64,000 nucleotides of DNA, taken from NCBI GenBank assembly GCA_965223005.1, contig CBDCVK010000002.1:81431-145430 (forward strand), in the 5' to 3' direction. The DNA comes from Terriglobia bacterium. Lineage in GTDB: Bacteria > Acidobacteriota > Terriglobia > JAJPHL01 > JAPKYU01. The notes below the pieces were generated by a model. It was not told where the DNA came from. It did no database searches and saw nothing but the letters and a program-made list of their open reading frames with translations. Position numbers and translations under genes: made by a program. Positions 33,685 through 44,002 of the stretch are shown piece after piece (within the stretch, counting starts at the first letter, position 1; each line of letters begins with the position of its first letter).

Positions 33685-34337
33685 TCAGGCCGGCAGGCCC
33701 AGGTCGTCGGCCAGGCGGCGGCGCTGCTGGTGGATATTCCACCAGAGGTCACGCGTCGCCTGCTGCATCTGGTCCACTTTCTTGCGGCAAGTGGCCAGCA
33801 CCTCGGCGTACTGGGGCGAGCCGGCTACGTTCCGCACCTCTTCCGGGTCCTTCTCCAGGTCGTAAAGCTCCTCGGCCGGGCGCCTCAGGAATGTCTCCAC
33901 CGGGCGCCGGCCCATCATCGTGTGCTTGCGCTTCAGGCTTCCCTGCCAGGTCCGGGACGCGAACAGATCGCTGGGGAAGGGGTAGAGCAATTCCGGGAAC
34001 AGGTTGCGGATGTACTTGTGGCGGCGCGTGCGAATGCCGCGACCTGGGTAATAGTTGATGACCTCGTGGAAAGTGTGCGACAGAAACACCTCATCCCAGC
34101 CTACGGGATTCTCCTGGTTCAGGATGGGCAGCAGCGAGCGACCGTGCACGGGGCCGTACAGAGGCCCGTACAGAGGATAGTCGGGCGGAGGTGCACCGGC
34201 CCAATCCAGACAGGTCGGCAACAGGTCCACAAAGTGGGCCAGGGCCGCATTAACCAGCCCGCGTCGCTTCAGCCGGTGACGGCAGCCAGCGTGGTCCCCC
34301 CGAGACTGTCGAGAAATTCACGACGATTGGTCTGCAT
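33685..34337 (-). pseudogene. Sulfatase pseudogene: Tat signal plus C-terminal third, with an internal deletion and frameshift
   Basis: ATG at 34337 gives MQTNRREFLDSLGGTTLAAVTG* (Tat leader, then a stop). A different frame continues GDHAGCRHRLKRRGLVNAALAHFVDLLPTCLDWAG..GRSLLP..HTFHEV..ELYDLEKDPEEVRNVA, which is the C-terminal sulfatase signature. The total is about 650 bp, whereas a typical sulfatase gene is more than twice that length (my recollection). Confidence 0.65.
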
Positions 34338-34381
34338 AGCAGAATCTCCGCAGGTGTTCGGTTGTGCCTCTCTTCTATTTA

Positions 34382-35641
34382 TTAATGCACGGTCTTACCG
34401 GACTTATCCCAGGGCCTCCATCGCATGGCCTGTAGCGTGTAGCCTCTTCCGGTGGGTCGACCGTCACGTCCAATTTGGCCGTCGCCAGCCACGGTAATGA
34501 TGGCTCCATCCTTGGCCGCTATGGAGCCTGCGTAGCCATGGCCCTTCATAAGGATGTAGAGCTCTGCTTCCCAACTCCGGCCTCCGTCCCGGCTGATGCG
34601 GGCACGCACGTCGCCGCCCTCCGCGTAAGGGTAACGGTTTTCATAAACGGCCACCACCCCTCCTCCTGGAAGTAGTGCCAGGTCGCAGTGAGCTTGACCG
34701 AACACCCGGTTCAGGGTTCGAAAGTTTTTCCACGTTCGTCCGCCGTCGTCTGAATCCGCTAATTGCACAGTCTTTCCCCCTAACCTCGAATTGGGGATTC
34801 CCCGAATTGCGGCCAGCACCCGAAGTCCCCCCAAGGACAACAGTCCCGTTTCCGCAGCCCTATCCGGAATTATGGTGGGATTTCCCCAGGTTTTTCCCTG
34901 GTCGGTACTGCGGAAGAATATCTGAGCGGATCGCCCTGCCTGATCGGCTGGAAAATCGGGGTTATACGCATCAATCGCCGCCAGAAGAGTGCCATCTCCC
35001 AGGGCGATGATGGAATTGCCATCTCCTGCTAAAGCTGCATAGGAAGAAGGAGGAGCTAAGGGCTCGCTGCTCTCCCAAGTTTTGCCTCCATCCCTGGAAC
35101 GAGAAATCACCAGTGGATAGAGTTTGTGTTTTCCAGGTGCTACGGCTGGGTTCTCCACATCCTCGGAGGTCAGGGGCGGCAGTCCACTCGCTCGATGGGC
35201 CACGTAAATATATTGACCGACGACGCCAAAGGCTTGGGCCGAAACGGGCTCCTTTTGTGTGTTCGGCAAGCCCTGGAGTCTCTTGCCAGTCCAGGTTTTC
35301 CCCTCATCTCTTGACCAGTAGAGATAGGTCCCGAACCCGGCGTAGATGGTGCCATCCTTGGTCCGGCCGACCCTGCCATCCAGGCGCCAACTAGATCCGG
35401 GAACGGGCAGTCGCATCCGTTCTGCCGGCAGGATACCGAGGTTTCTGTAGACAGCCTTGAAGTCTCCCTCCTGTTTCATGTTGGTACCCGGCCTCAAGTA
35501 AGGCTCAGCTTCAACCACACGAATCGGATAGTCCAGCAACGGATGGGGATGACTGCTGAGCGAGACGTTCTGTGCCATCAGGCCGCTTGACAAAACAAGC
35601 AGGAGCCCAAGATTGCATATTGACTCTTTTTTAGAATGCAT
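34382..35641 (-). CDS. BNR/Asp-box repeat protein, sialidase-like beta-propeller, secreted
   Basis: Five SxDxGxTW Asp boxes: SRDEGKTWTG, SRDGGKTWES, STDQGKTWGN, SDDGGRTWKN, SRDGGRSWEA. Signal peptide present. No F/YRIP motif seen. Confidence 0.8.
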   Translation of the reverse strand: MHSKKESICNLGLLLVLSSGLMAQNVSLSSHPHPLLDYPIRVVEAEPYLRPGTNMKQEGDFKAVYRNLGILPAERMRLPVPGSSWRLDGRVGRTKDGTIYAGFGTYLYWSRDEGKTWTGKRLQGLPNTQKEPVSAQAFGVVGQYIYVAHRASGLPPLTSEDVENPAVAPGKHKLYPLVISRSRDGGKTWESSEPLAPPSSYAALAGDGNSIIALGDGTLLAAIDAYNPDFPADQAGRSAQIFFRSTDQGKTWGNPTIIPDRAAETGLLSLGGLRVLAAIRGIPNSRLGGKTVQLADSDDGGRTWKNFRTLNRVFGQAHCDLALLPGGGVVAVYENRYPYAEGGDVRARISRDGGRSWEAELYILMKGHGYAGSIAAKDGAIITVAGDGQIGRDGRPTGRGYTLQAMRWRPWDKSGKTVH

Positions 35642-35986
35642 GACTTTGATCCCCTTCTCTCACCCGGATTAGGTTTAGCCGGAATTCCCGATTTAAGCTT
35701 CTCCTGCGCGGGAAAGCGTACGCCACGCGGCCCTGTTGACTCAAGCTCAGATCATCGCTTCCCTCGTGCTACTGCTGCCACTTTCCTCTGGTTGGAACCC
35801 TATCGGGTGGCCGCCCCGATGTTTTGGGTGACCTCTGACTCCTCGAATGATTGGAAGCGGACCTCGTCAAGAGTGATATCCTCAACCGTTCCCTTTTCGC
35901 TCTTCTCTTGACGAGCCAGGTTGTGGTTCGGTACAAGCGTCGGTCCCTATAGAATTATAAGGACCGTATGGAACTTTCAGGACCCT

Positions 35987-37510
35987 ATGGAACTTTCAGG
36001 AATTGATACCTTCACTTTTGTCGCCTTCCTCTGCGCCGTCGTTTCAATCTCCTTGTACGCTTCCCGAAAGGAAGACTCCGCGGAAGACTACTTCCTCGCG
36101 GGAAGAGGCCTCAGCTGGTGGCTCATCGGTTTCTCGCTCATCGCGTCGAACATCTCCACAGAACACTTCATAGGGATGGCGGGGAAAGGGTATGGCTTGG
36201 GCTTGGCCATTGCCAGCTTCGAGTGGCTCTCCGCCCCGGTCCTCGTTTTTATTGCTCTCGTATTGTTGCCGAAGTTCCTGCGCGCCGGGATTTACACGAT
36301 GCCCGAATATCTGGAATACCGCTTCGGGCCAACCGCGCGCTCGATTATGGCCGGTTACTTCATGGTGATGTATGTCGTGGCAGCCATGGCGGGCGTCCTC
36401 TACTCGGGTGGGCTCGCCCTGCAAAGCATTTTTGGCGTCGACCTCTACTTGGGCGTCTGGATGATTGGAATCCTGGCGGGTGCCTATACGGTCTATGGAG
36501 GGCTGAAGGCCGTCGTTTGGTCGGACCTTATTCAGGGAATCACCCTTCTCTTCGGCGGTGCCATTGTCATGGTCATCGGGCTTTCCAAGGTCGGAGGCCT
36601 CGGATCATTTCTCGCAGTGAATGAAGACAAACTTCACCTCGCGCTCCCCCACGACCACCCCGAGTATCCTTGGACCATCCTTCTTCTGGGAATGTGGATA
36701 CCGCAGCTGGGATACTGGGGATTCAACCAGTTCATCACGCAGCGAACCCTTGCCGCTAAGAGTCTTTTACAGGGACAGAAAGGCGCGCTTTTCGCCGCAT
36801 TTCTGAAACTCTTAATTCCCTTGTTTGTCGTCTTTCCTGGAATCATGGCCGCTCAACTCTACGGCGCAGAAATCCAACAAGGTGATCTGGCGTTTCCTTT
36901 TCTCATCAAGAAGCTGCTGCCCGTCGGGTTGAGAGGGATTATTTTTGCGGCGCTTCTGGGGGCAGTGATGAGTTCTCTGGATTCCATGCTCAACTCGGCT
37001 TCCACAATCTTCACCATCGACATCTACAATCGCCACTTTGTGAAAGGCCACGTTGGGGGCCGTCAGTTGATCACGGTCGGTCGCATTGCAACCGCCGTCT
37101 TTGTCATTTTCGCGTGCATTCTTGCTCCGGAATTGCGCCACTCCAAGTCTATCTACGATTACATGCAGCAGGTCTGGAATTTTGTCTGGCCGGGAACTGT
37201 CGCAGTGTTCTTTCTGGGGATTTTCTACCAGCGGGTACCGCAGGGTGCGGCGGTGCTGGGAATGTTGTTTTCCCCTCTCGCATACGCCGTCAGCTTCCTG
37301 GTATTCGATGTGGTTTTCCTCAACGCTTCAGCTATCGCGCTTATCCTCACGTGCTTGGTGATGCTCGCCTACACCTGGTGGAGACCTCTCACCGAAGTCA
37401 AGAAGCTCCCTGTCCGCGCAGATATTGATCTAAGGACAACCCCGCAAATCAAGGTCGTCGGCGGGATACTCGTCCTGGTGACCGTCGCGATCTACATCTA
37501 CTTCTGGTGA
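35987..37510 (+). CDS. Sodium:solute symporter (SSS/SLC5 family)
   Basis: MELSGIDTFTFVAF..EDYFLAGRGLSWWLIGFSLIASNISTEHFIGMAGKGY and about 13 hydrophobic segments. The track ORF begins at TTG 35921, but ATG at 35987 is preferred. Confidence 0.85.
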   Translation: MELSGIDTFTFVAFLCAVVSISLYASRKEDSAEDYFLAGRGLSWWLIGFSLIASNISTEHFIGMAGKGYGLGLAIASFEWLSAPVLVFIALVLLPKFLRAGIYTMPEYLEYRFGPTARSIMAGYFMVMYVVAAMAGVLYSGGLALQSIFGVDLYLGVWMIGILAGAYTVYGGLKAVVWSDLIQGITLLFGGAIVMVIGLSKVGGLGSFLAVNEDKLHLALPHDHPEYPWTILLLGMWIPQLGYWGFNQFITQRTLAAKSLLQGQKGALFAAFLKLLIPLFVVFPGIMAAQLYGAEIQQGDLAFPFLIKKLLPVGLRGIIFAALLGAVMSSLDSMLNSASTIFTIDIYNRHFVKGHVGGRQLITVGRIATAVFVIFACILAPELRHSKSIYDYMQQVWNFVWPGTVAVFFLGIFYQRVPQGAAVLGMLFSPLAYAVSFLVFDVVFLNASAIALILTCLVMLAYTWWRPLTEVKKLPVRADIDLRTTPQIKVVGGILVLVTVAIYIYFW

Positions 37511-37782
37511 GTTGGGGGCATGTGTGGACCTGCGTTTGCCATTGGGAGCGTTGAGGCAAGTGGCAGGAATCATGCCGATTCCCATGCAGCCGCAGACTGT
37601 TAGCCAACTAGGCTTGACAAGACTTTGCCGGGGCGTTGCCAACTTTAAGCTCCGCCTTGTCCCCTCTATTGATTGTCGATAGAATGCCCCTGCGATGGCA
37701 GGCTTTACTGCCCAACTGTCGCCCTTGCCCTCGGTCCCCGGCGTGTGACGGCGGCAAATCATTGGTGCTAGGAAGAATTCTT

Positions 37783-38763
37783 ATGGATCGAGAGAAAGCC
37801 CGAAATCGCCTTTCCGGGTGCTACGTGACGGTTCCAACCATGTTCCGCGACGAAGATCTGGCAGTAGACCTGGAGGCCACCCGGCAGCATGTCCGGTTTC
37901 TGATTGATGGAGGCATCAATGAAAGCACCGGCGTCATACTCGCCGTCGGGGCGGCGGGCGATTTTCCCGTGATGAGTTTCGATGAGCGCTTGCGAGTGGC
38001 CGAAGCGATTATCGAGGAAGCGGACGGCAGGATTGCCGTTGTGATGGGTGCGCAGACAACAAATACTCGGGAGCTAGTTGAACTGGTCCGCGCTGCCGAG
38101 CGGCTCGGTGCCGAGTATGTGCAGGTTTCGCCGCCCTACTACCACATGCACACGGAGGAAGATTTTTACGAATACGCAGTGGCGGCAGCAGAAGCCGCAG
38201 ACATAGGAATCGTGGTCTACAACACCTTCTGGACGAGCCAGAACGTCTCGCTGAAGATGATTGAACGGCTTTGCGAGCTGCCCAACCTGGTCGGCCTCAA
38301 ATGGGCCGTGCCCACCGCGAACTTCATGGAATCAGAACAGGTTATTTCTCGTTTCGCGGATCGGCTCTGTATCATCGACAACCAGCTTCGGTTCGTGACC
38401 AGCCACATCCTCGGCGCTCGGGGCATCGAGGTTCACATCTGCAACTACTGGCCTCAGTGGGGGGTGCGGCTCTGGAATCTTCTGGAGAACCAGGAGTACG
38501 TCGACGTGCAGAAGGAACTCGTCAGTGTCGCCATGCCCTTCTACACTCTTTGGAAGGAGATGATGGACTACACCGGTGGCGACGGCTATCTGGACAAGTT
38601 GTGCATGGAACTAGTTGGCCTGCCCTCCAGCCGCTGTCGTCCACCGACGCGCGACGTTCGCGAAAAGTTTCGGGAGCGAGCCCGTCAGATGCTGATCGAG
38701 TGTGGCGTTCCGGGCATCGTTGATGCCCCTGCTCGGGAGGAAAGCGCGCGCCGAGCTTCATGA
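37783..38763 (+). CDS. Dihydrodipicolinate synthase / N-acetylneuraminate lyase family class I aldolase
   Basis: ATG at 37783 follows AGGAAG. Features: ..TVPTMFRDEDLAVDLEATRQHVRFLIDGGI..GVILAVGAAGDF..FDERLRV..VSPPYYH..LVGLKWA (Schiff-base Lys region). Confidence 0.75.
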   Translation: MDREKARNRLSGCYVTVPTMFRDEDLAVDLEATRQHVRFLIDGGINESTGVILAVGAAGDFPVMSFDERLRVAEAIIEEADGRIAVVMGAQTTNTRELVELVRAAERLGAEYVQVSPPYYHMHTEEDFYEYAVAAAEAADIGIVVYNTFWTSQNVSLKMIERLCELPNLVGLKWAVPTANFMESEQVISRFADRLCIIDNQLRFVTSHILGARGIEVHICNYWPQWGVRLWNLLENQEYVDVQKELVSVAMPFYTLWKEMMDYTGGDGYLDKLCMELVGLPSSRCRPPTRDVREKFRERARQMLIECGVPGIVDAPAREESARRAS

Positions 38764-39953
38764 ATGTGCACACCATGCCGCTTTTCTGGACGCCGCTCTT
38801 TAAAATAAGTTTTCTAGCCTCTACGCTGTTGCTGCTGGGCCTCCTGGGGAGCTGCCGCCAATTGGATAACGAAGGTAAGGAAATCGAAGGCAAGAACCCT
38901 CCCGTTTTTGAGCAGGTGACGGTGTTTTCTGCCGGGGAGGCCGGCTATCGCTGTTTTCGAATACCGGCTCTAGTCGTTACAGCAGAGGGAACAATTCTGG
39001 CCTTCGCGGAAGCTAGGAAAGCAATTTGCAGCGATGACGCGGAGATCGACCTCGTGCTCAAACGAAGTTTCGATGGGGGAAAGACGTGGCAGGACCTGAG
39101 GGTGCTGTTTGACTATGGTTCGGAGGCGGTCAATCAGCCAGCGCCAGTGCTGGACCGACATACTGGCGAGGTCGTGCTGGTATTCTGTAGGAATAACCAG
39201 CGTGTCTTTGTCACGAAAACCGGGAACGACGGGGTCACCTGGTCCGAGCCAGTGGAGATCACCGAGGATGTCGCCGACCCCGAATGGAGCTATTTCGGGA
39301 GTGGTCCGGGTCATGGCATCCAACTGAGCAGCGGGAGACTTCTGGTTCCGAGCTGGGGAGATACGAGCCCGGGCCCGGCACCCTGGCCCAAACCGAACTG
39401 GGGCGCAAAGCAGTTTTCTTACGCGATGTATAGCGACGACCACGGGGTCACTTGGAAGCGTGGCGGCTCCTTAGATATGGACCTGTCGGATGAGGCCATG
39501 GCCGTCGAAACCGCAGACGGTTCCGTTTATATGAACATGCGCAGCCGCCAGGAAAAGAAGATGCGGGCCTTCGCCTGGAGTAAGGACGGTGGCGTCACCT
39601 GGTCGAAGGTGCAATTTGATCAAAGCCTGCCTGAGCCGTCTTGTCAGGGGAGTTTGATTCGCTTCACCGACCAAGAGCGGTTCTCGAAGAATCGTGTGCT
39701 GCTTGCTCATCCCTCCAGCCAAACTGAGAGAAAACAGCTCACCGTGCGGATGAGCCTCGACGAATGCAGGACGTGGCCTGTCTCGAAAGTCCTTTACGAG
39801 GGTTCGGCGGCGTACTCTGATCTGGCGATCGCTAATGATAGGACCATCCTTTGCTTGTACGAAGCCGACCAATACTCCAAGATGGTGCTGGCCCGCTTCA
39901 ATTTGGAATGGCTGACCGACGGAGCCGATTCGTTGCAACCCACAGTTCAATAA
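38760..39953 (+). CDS. Exo-alpha-sialidase (GH33-type) with lipoprotein-like signal
   Basis: The start overlaps the upstream stop (ATGA). FRIPALVVTAEGTILAFAEAR is the F/YRIP motif. Asp boxes: SFDGGKTWQD, TGNDGVTWSE, SDDHGVTWKR, SKDGGVTWSK, SLDECRTWPV. Leader ..LLLLGLLGSC. Confidence 0.85.
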   Translation: MNVHTMPLFWTPLFKISFLASTLLLLGLLGSCRQLDNEGKEIEGKNPPVFEQVTVFSAGEAGYRCFRIPALVVTAEGTILAFAEARKAICSDDAEIDLVLKRSFDGGKTWQDLRVLFDYGSEAVNQPAPVLDRHTGEVVLVFCRNNQRVFVTKTGNDGVTWSEPVEITEDVADPEWSYFGSGPGHGIQLSSGRLLVPSWGDTSPGPAPWPKPNWGAKQFSYAMYSDDHGVTWKRGGSLDMDLSDEAMAVETADGSVYMNMRSRQEKKMRAFAWSKDGGVTWSKVQFDQSLPEPSCQGSLIRFTDQERFSKNRVLLAHPSSQTERKQLTVRMSLDECRTWPVSKVLYEGSAAYSDLAIANDRTILCLYEADQYSKMVLARFNLEWLTDGADSLQPTVQ

Positions 39954-40033
39954 TCGAAACCAACTCGGACCTCGTTCCACTACGGCCGGGAGCGCCTACG
40001 AAGAGGCGTCTAACTTTCGAGTATCCTTGATTT

Positions 40034-41389
40034 ATGCCGATCCGAGTCAGTAGCTTGACGCCGGTTCCAACAGAGCCGGTCGAGACCAGATACCGCCGAA
40101 TTCGTACACCGATCCCCGTCCCAGAATCGATTGAGTTGATTGAGCGTCTGCGAAAGGTAGAAGCTCGGTCGATTCACGGTATGCCCCCGGTCGTTTGGCA
40201 CCAAGCCGAGGGCTTTCTCATCCGGGACCCTTACGGTAACCAGTGGATCGACCTGACGAGTGGCACCGTGATGGCCAACTCGGGCCACTGTCATCCGCGG
40301 GTGGTGCAGGCGATTCGGGATCAGCTCGACTCCGGGCTCATTTTCACTTATGCATTTCCTGCGGAGGTCCGCGAACGCGCACTCCAGCGCATCGCGTCAA
40401 TTGCACCGCCCGGACTGGACAAAGCCATCCTGTTTTCCTCGGGGACCGAGGCGACCGAATGTTGCATGAGCCTGATGAGGAAACATGGCTTGGCAATATC
40501 GCCGAACAAGGTTGGCATCCTTTCCATTGAAAGCTCTTACCATGGCCGAACGCTCTCTGCAAAATTCGCAGGCGGTTCGCCGGGACGCGCAGACGGCCTG
40601 GATCGCGCGTCCGTTGATCAGACACAACTCCCCATTCCGGGAGGTGCGGAATCCCAAGGCTTCGAAGCTGACTTGGAGCAGAGCGGGGTCCACCCGGAAA
40701 CCATAGCGGGCATTATTTTGGAATCCATTCCTGGCTACTCAACGACTCCGTATCCTCAGGGATACATGGATGAGTTGATGCGCTGGGCGCAAAAACAAGG
40801 GGCGCTCGTCGCGGTGGACGAAGTGCAGGCTGGCATCGGTCGTACAGGCCACTGGTTTGCTTTTGAGCACTACGGCATTACGCCGGATCTAATCGCCTGC
40901 GGCAAAGGTTTGAGCTCTACCCTTCCGGCTTCGGCGGTTATTGGACGAAAAGAGGTCATGGATCTGGCGGAGCCAGGTGAAATGTCAAGCACGTTCGGGG
41001 GAAATCCTGTGAGTGCCGCGGCTGTGCTGGCAAATCTCGACGTCATGCAGGATGAGAAGCTCGTGGAACAATCGGCTGCGTTGGGGCAACAACTGGGTGA
41101 CATTCTTCGGAAGAAGACGGAGAAATACGGCCACTACGTGAGTAGGCCGGAGGGGCGTGGACTGTTTTACTCCCTTCATCTGAAGGATCCTGAGACAGCG
41201 GAACCCTTAGCCGAACTTTGCGATGAGATGGCATTGGAGTGTGTGCGAAGGGGAGTCATGTTATTCGTTACCGGCAGAGGGTTCCTCAAGTTCACGCCGC
41301 CTCTGAGCATCGAGCAGGACGCTCTGGTAGAAGCGGTGGATGTGGTGGGCAGTGTCATCGACGAGATGCTGCCGCAAGCCCCCACCTAG
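40034..41389 (+). CDS. Class III (acetylornithine/GABA-type) PLP aminotransferase
   Basis: 451 aa. Features: ANSGHCHPRVVQAI, SGTEATECCM, VDEVQAGIGRTGHWFAFEHYGITPDLIACGKGLSS. Confidence 0.85.
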   Translation: MPIRVSSLTPVPTEPVETRYRRIRTPIPVPESIELIERLRKVEARSIHGMPPVVWHQAEGFLIRDPYGNQWIDLTSGTVMANSGHCHPRVVQAIRDQLDSGLIFTYAFPAEVRERALQRIASIAPPGLDKAILFSSGTEATECCMSLMRKHGLAISPNKVGILSIESSYHGRTLSAKFAGGSPGRADGLDRASVDQTQLPIPGGAESQGFEADLEQSGVHPETIAGIILESIPGYSTTPYPQGYMDELMRWAQKQGALVAVDEVQAGIGRTGHWFAFEHYGITPDLIACGKGLSSTLPASAVIGRKEVMDLAEPGEMSSTFGGNPVSAAAVLANLDVMQDEKLVEQSAALGQQLGDILRKKTEKYGHYVSRPEGRGLFYSLHLKDPETAEPLAELCDEMALECVRRGVMLFVTGRGFLKFTPPLSIEQDALVEAVDVVGSVIDEMLPQAPT

Positions 41390-41403
41390 CAGAGGAAGTA
41401 ACG

Positions 41404-42162
41404 ATGAATACAAATCTTTTTTCCGTCAAAGACAAGGTCGTCATTGTCACAGGTGCCAGCCGTGGCATCGGCCGCGTCGTTGCCGAAGCGTTTCTGGATT
41501 ACGGATCGCGTGTCGTCTTTGTCGCGCGATCGGCCGATATGGTCGAGCGCGTGCGTCAGCAGCCCGCAGAACGGGCACTCGCTATCCAATGCGATGTTGC
41601 AGGACCGGGTGCGGCTGAGCGAATCCGAGACGCTACGGTGAGCAAATTCGGCCGAATCGACGTCCTCATAAATAACGCGGCAATCGCTTTGGGCGGAGAA
41701 GATCCCTACGCTGAAGAAACTTGGGACCGAACACTCAACGTGAATCTTCGCTCAGTCTTCTTGTTGAGCCGCGACGTCATCGCCGTGATGAAACAACAGG
41801 GCAGCGGTTCAATCATCAATTTCTGCAGTGTGGCAGCCCTGCTCGGATTTCCCGATAATCCGTCTTACCAGGCCGCCAAGGGAGGGCTTCGTCAGCTCAC
41901 CAAGGCAATGGCCCGGGATTATGCGCAGCACAACATCCGCATCAACAACATCTTCCCGGGCTACTACCTGACCGCCATGACGGCCGCGAGCTGGGCCGAT
42001 CCAGTGAAACGGGCCGCGCGTTCGAGCCGATCAATGATGGAGCGTTGGGGTAAACCTGAGGAGTTGGTCGGCCCCTGCATCTTTTTCGCCTCGGAGGCGT
42101 CGGCATATATTACCGGCTGTGACTTGCCCGTCGACGGCGGTTGGACCGCGAAGGGAATCTAG
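41404..42162 (+). CDS. Short-chain dehydrogenase/reductase (SDR)
   Basis: ATG at 41404 follows GAGGAAG. Features: VIVTGASRGIGR, NNAA, YQAAKGG (YxxxK). Confidence 0.88.
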   Translation: MNTNLFSVKDKVVIVTGASRGIGRVVAEAFLDYGSRVVFVARSADMVERVRQQPAERALAIQCDVAGPGAAERIRDATVSKFGRIDVLINNAAIALGGEDPYAEETWDRTLNVNLRSVFLLSRDVIAVMKQQGSGSIINFCSVAALLGFPDNPSYQAAKGGLRQLTKAMARDYAQHNIRINNIFPGYYLTAMTAASWADPVKRAARSSRSMMERWGKPEELVGPCIFFASEASAYITGCDLPVDGGWTAKGI

Positions 42163-42283
42163 GGCGAACGTCAAGCTGGACCCCGCCGCTTGGGTCAAGC
42201 AGAAACCTACAGACGCTTCAACTTGCGAAGGGTTTCGTCACGATTTGTTATAACGGCAGAGCATCAGCGAAAGGCTGATAACT

Positions 42284-43792
42284 GTGGATTCTCCAACTGG
42301 GTTCGGCACTTTGAATTACGTGGTCCTGTTTACCTATCTGGCCATGATGGTCAGCGTCGGAGCCCTGTTCGCCAGGAAACAGAAGACGAGCGAAGATTAC
42401 TTCCTGGCAGGCCGCAGGATGCCATGGCTGGTGGTAGGCATGAGCATGTTTGCCTCCATCACGAGTGCCATTTCCTACATGGGAATTCCAGGGACGGCGT
42501 ACAGAGAGAATATCGCGCTCCTCATGGTAGCGTTTCTCGCCCCGATTGTCGCTCCGATTCTGATCTTCGTCTTCTATCCCTTCTATCGTCTCTTGAACGT
42601 GACGACCTCATACGAGTATGTGCTGCAGCGCTATGGGCAACCGGCCCGGCTGACGGTCTCTGGCCTTTTCGTACTGGCCCGGGTAGGGTGGCTTGGCGCA
42701 GTTATCTATGCGCCGGCTCTGGCGCTTTCCACCGTCACCGCGATTCCGCTTTGGTTGGCGATTTTCCTGATGGGAATTCTTGCCACCGCTTACACTGCAT
42801 TGGGCGGCCTTTCCGCTGTGTTATGGACGGATCTCGTGCAGTTTCTGGTCCTGGTTGGGGGAGCCTTGTGGGTGGCCCTCACCCTGACGGCTTCGGTCCC
42901 TGGTGGCCTGGCTTCCATATGGGAGATCGCTCGGACGACAGATCACGTGCGCGTCATCGACTGGAGGTTCAGCCTCACGGAAATGACAGGAATCGCCGTG
43001 CTCGTTTCCTATTTCTTCCAACTCATGCACGATTACGGCGCCGACCAAGTCACCGTGCAACGACTCCTGGCGGTGAAGACGTTTCGCGGCATGGCCAAGG
43101 CCACCATTTTCTTTGCTGTGGCCGAACTGTTCATGGTGAGCTTGCTGCTCTACGTGGGCCTTGGGCTGTTCGCCTACTTCCAAACGTTTCCTTCTGAACT
43201 GGCGGCAGGAATCACCGGCGACCGGGTGCTCCCTTACTACATCATACACGCGCTTCCGCAGGGCGTTTCCGGTCTGTTGATCACTGCAATCTTTGCGGCC
43301 GCGATGTCCAGCGTGGATTCGGGGATCAATTCCGTGGCGACCGTTCTCATCAACGACTTCGTTCGCCCGCTACGCACCAGGGCGCGTAGCGAGCAGCATG
43401 ATGTAAAACTCGCTCGGCTTCTGACCCTGCTCCTCGGAAGCTTTGCGACCGTCGTTGCATTCTATGTCACAGGCGTAGGTCAGATTCTCAAGGCTTCGTC
43501 TGCGTTTCTGGGTTTGTTTGGCGGGCCGATCCTGGCCTTGTTTCTATTGGGAATGCTCACCAAACGAGTCAACTTTCGTGGTTGGCTCATCGGCCTGGGG
43601 GTCGCCGTCCCCACGACGTTTTGGCTTCAACAAGGGACCGACCTGCATTTCATCTACTACTTCCCAGTCTGTTTTGGTGGCTGCGCTGGGGTCGGCTACG
43701 TCGCCAGTCTGCTCCTCGGCACTACGCACGGCGGACCCCTCGGACGAGCTGAACTCACGCTTTGGGGCCGGCCTCGACTGTCTGAGACATAG
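42284..43792 (+). CDS. Sodium:solute symporter (SSS family), second copy in the locus
   Basis: 502 aa. Features: ..SEDYFLAGRRMPWLVVGMSMFASITSAISYMGIPGTAY.. with multiple TM segments. Only distantly related to 35987..37510. Confidence 0.85.
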   Translation: MDSPTGFGTLNYVVLFTYLAMMVSVGALFARKQKTSEDYFLAGRRMPWLVVGMSMFASITSAISYMGIPGTAYRENIALLMVAFLAPIVAPILIFVFYPFYRLLNVTTSYEYVLQRYGQPARLTVSGLFVLARVGWLGAVIYAPALALSTVTAIPLWLAIFLMGILATAYTALGGLSAVLWTDLVQFLVLVGGALWVALTLTASVPGGLASIWEIARTTDHVRVIDWRFSLTEMTGIAVLVSYFFQLMHDYGADQVTVQRLLAVKTFRGMAKATIFFAVAELFMVSLLLYVGLGLFAYFQTFPSELAAGITGDRVLPYYIIHALPQGVSGLLITAIFAAAMSSVDSGINSVATVLINDFVRPLRTRARSEQHDVKLARLLTLLLGSFATVVAFYVTGVGQILKASSAFLGLFGGPILALFLLGMLTKRVNFRGWLIGLGVAVPTTFWLQQGTDLHFIYYFPVCFGGCAGVGYVASLLLGTTHGGPLGRAELTLWGRPRLSET

Positions 43793-44002
43793 GCCCAGGC
43801 GTCCTTGCTTGGTTTGCTTTGAGCCGGTTGCTTTGAACTGATTGCATTGAGTTGGCTGCTTTGATTTCGCTAAGCTTCCGGAGATAAGATCTACAGGTCG
43901 GCCCGCAGAAACGCAATTTGCAGGGCTGGGGTCGGAGCAACAGAGAACCTTAAGATCGGTTACCGAGGTTTGCAAGCATATCGACTGCACAGAGGTGCCT
44001 CC

